Below, piece by piece: positions 63,578-64,000 of a DNA stretch of 64,000 nucleotides (its first letter is position 1; every line of letters begins with the position of its first letter). The stretch is from positions 124,001 to 188,000 of the IMG/VR virus record IMGVR_UViG_3300047560_000921. One strand, given 5' to 3'. Below the pieces are notes generated by a model. That model was not told the DNA's origin. It searched no databases and saw nothing but the letters and a program-made list of their open reading frames with translations. The position numbers and the translations under genes were made by a program.

Positions 63578-64000
63578 TTAGGTTTCTTTAACTTTGCATA
63601 CTAACACATTGTACTCAAATGTATATGAATGAACATTACTGGCATCGTCACTGTACTGTGAACGTTGAAAGCGGAAGAACGCTTGATTGCCTGATGTGTA
63701 TATAGTTATCTGACTAGCTCTTTCTAGTTTGCCGTTGCTCTGTACGGCTTGATCAACTAGCAAGCTACCATTGGCCGCATACCAGCGGTTAGTTGGCATT
63801 CTCCAATAGTTATATGTATTTGGTGTGCCAGCCGCATTGCTACTAGTTAGTCTAACAGAACTTATGCAAAAGTCAACTGTTACACCAGCCGGGGCTGTGT
63901 AAATTGTAGTGAGACTGTCGATACCAGATGCGCTGTAACGTGTTTCGCTACCCGATCCTTCTCTACTAGGAATACTAAATGTATAACTAGACACAGTGTT
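63578..64000 (-). CDS. C-terminal part of a beta-rich protein (possibly tail fibre/structural), truncated by the right edge
   Basis: The frame stays open beyond GTG 63994 to the window edge. Confidence 0.55.
   Translation of the reverse strand, partial: NTVSSYTFSIPSREGSGSETRYSASGIDSLTTIYTAPAGVTVDFCISSVRLTSSNAAGTPNTYNYWRMPTNRWYAANGSLLVDQAVQSNGKLERASQITIYTSGNQAFFRFQRSQYSDDASNVHSYTFEYNVLVCKVKET

Noticed and set aside
1-64000. tRNA genes and CRISPR arrays
   Set aside because: No T-arm GTTCRA with cloverleaf context and no regularly spaced direct repeats were seen by eye; tRNAscan-SE and CRISPRCasFinder were not run
1-64000. Stop-codon reassignment as seen in some jumbo phages
   Set aside because: Long conserved genes (polymerase, ClpA, radical SAMs) are intact and densely packed under the standard code

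Overview
This window is 64 kb of a large T4-superfamily (jumbo-like) dsDNA phage genome in the standard genetic code, with nearly all genes on the minus strand. The basis for that call is a gp43-like family B DNA polymerase, a gp45-like clamp, a gp44-like clamp loader, a T4 DsbA-like protein, PhoH, endolysin and spanin candidates, (T/A)ATAAATA late-promoter boxes and sigma70 promoters. Four unusual blocks stand out. (1) At 1-10 kb, a 7-deazaguanine operon (TGT/DpdA-like, QueD-like, FolE, QueE with a split Cys motif) is interleaved with a glycosyltransferase, a cytidylyltransferase, two dehydrogenases, a PRTase, a HIT protein and a GNAT. This is a candidate pathway for an undescribed sugar-decorated 7-deazaguanine modification. 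(2) At 15-26 kb, seven tandem twitch/SPASM radical SAM paralogs lie downstream of a desaturase, a 2OG-Fe(II)-like oxygenase and a structured intergenic RNA. (3) At 24-44 kb, about 11 proteins share an N-terminal M[RK]xx[ED][LFI] leader resembling the T4 capsid-targeting sequence; several carry enzyme domains (GNAT, B12 radical SAM, GP88-like). (4) Two cassettes pair a PP-loop enzyme with a methyltransferase, and one includes a CmoB-like/CmoA-like fusion. No tRNA, CRISPR array or intein was found by eye. All product calls come from motif recognition, not database searches.
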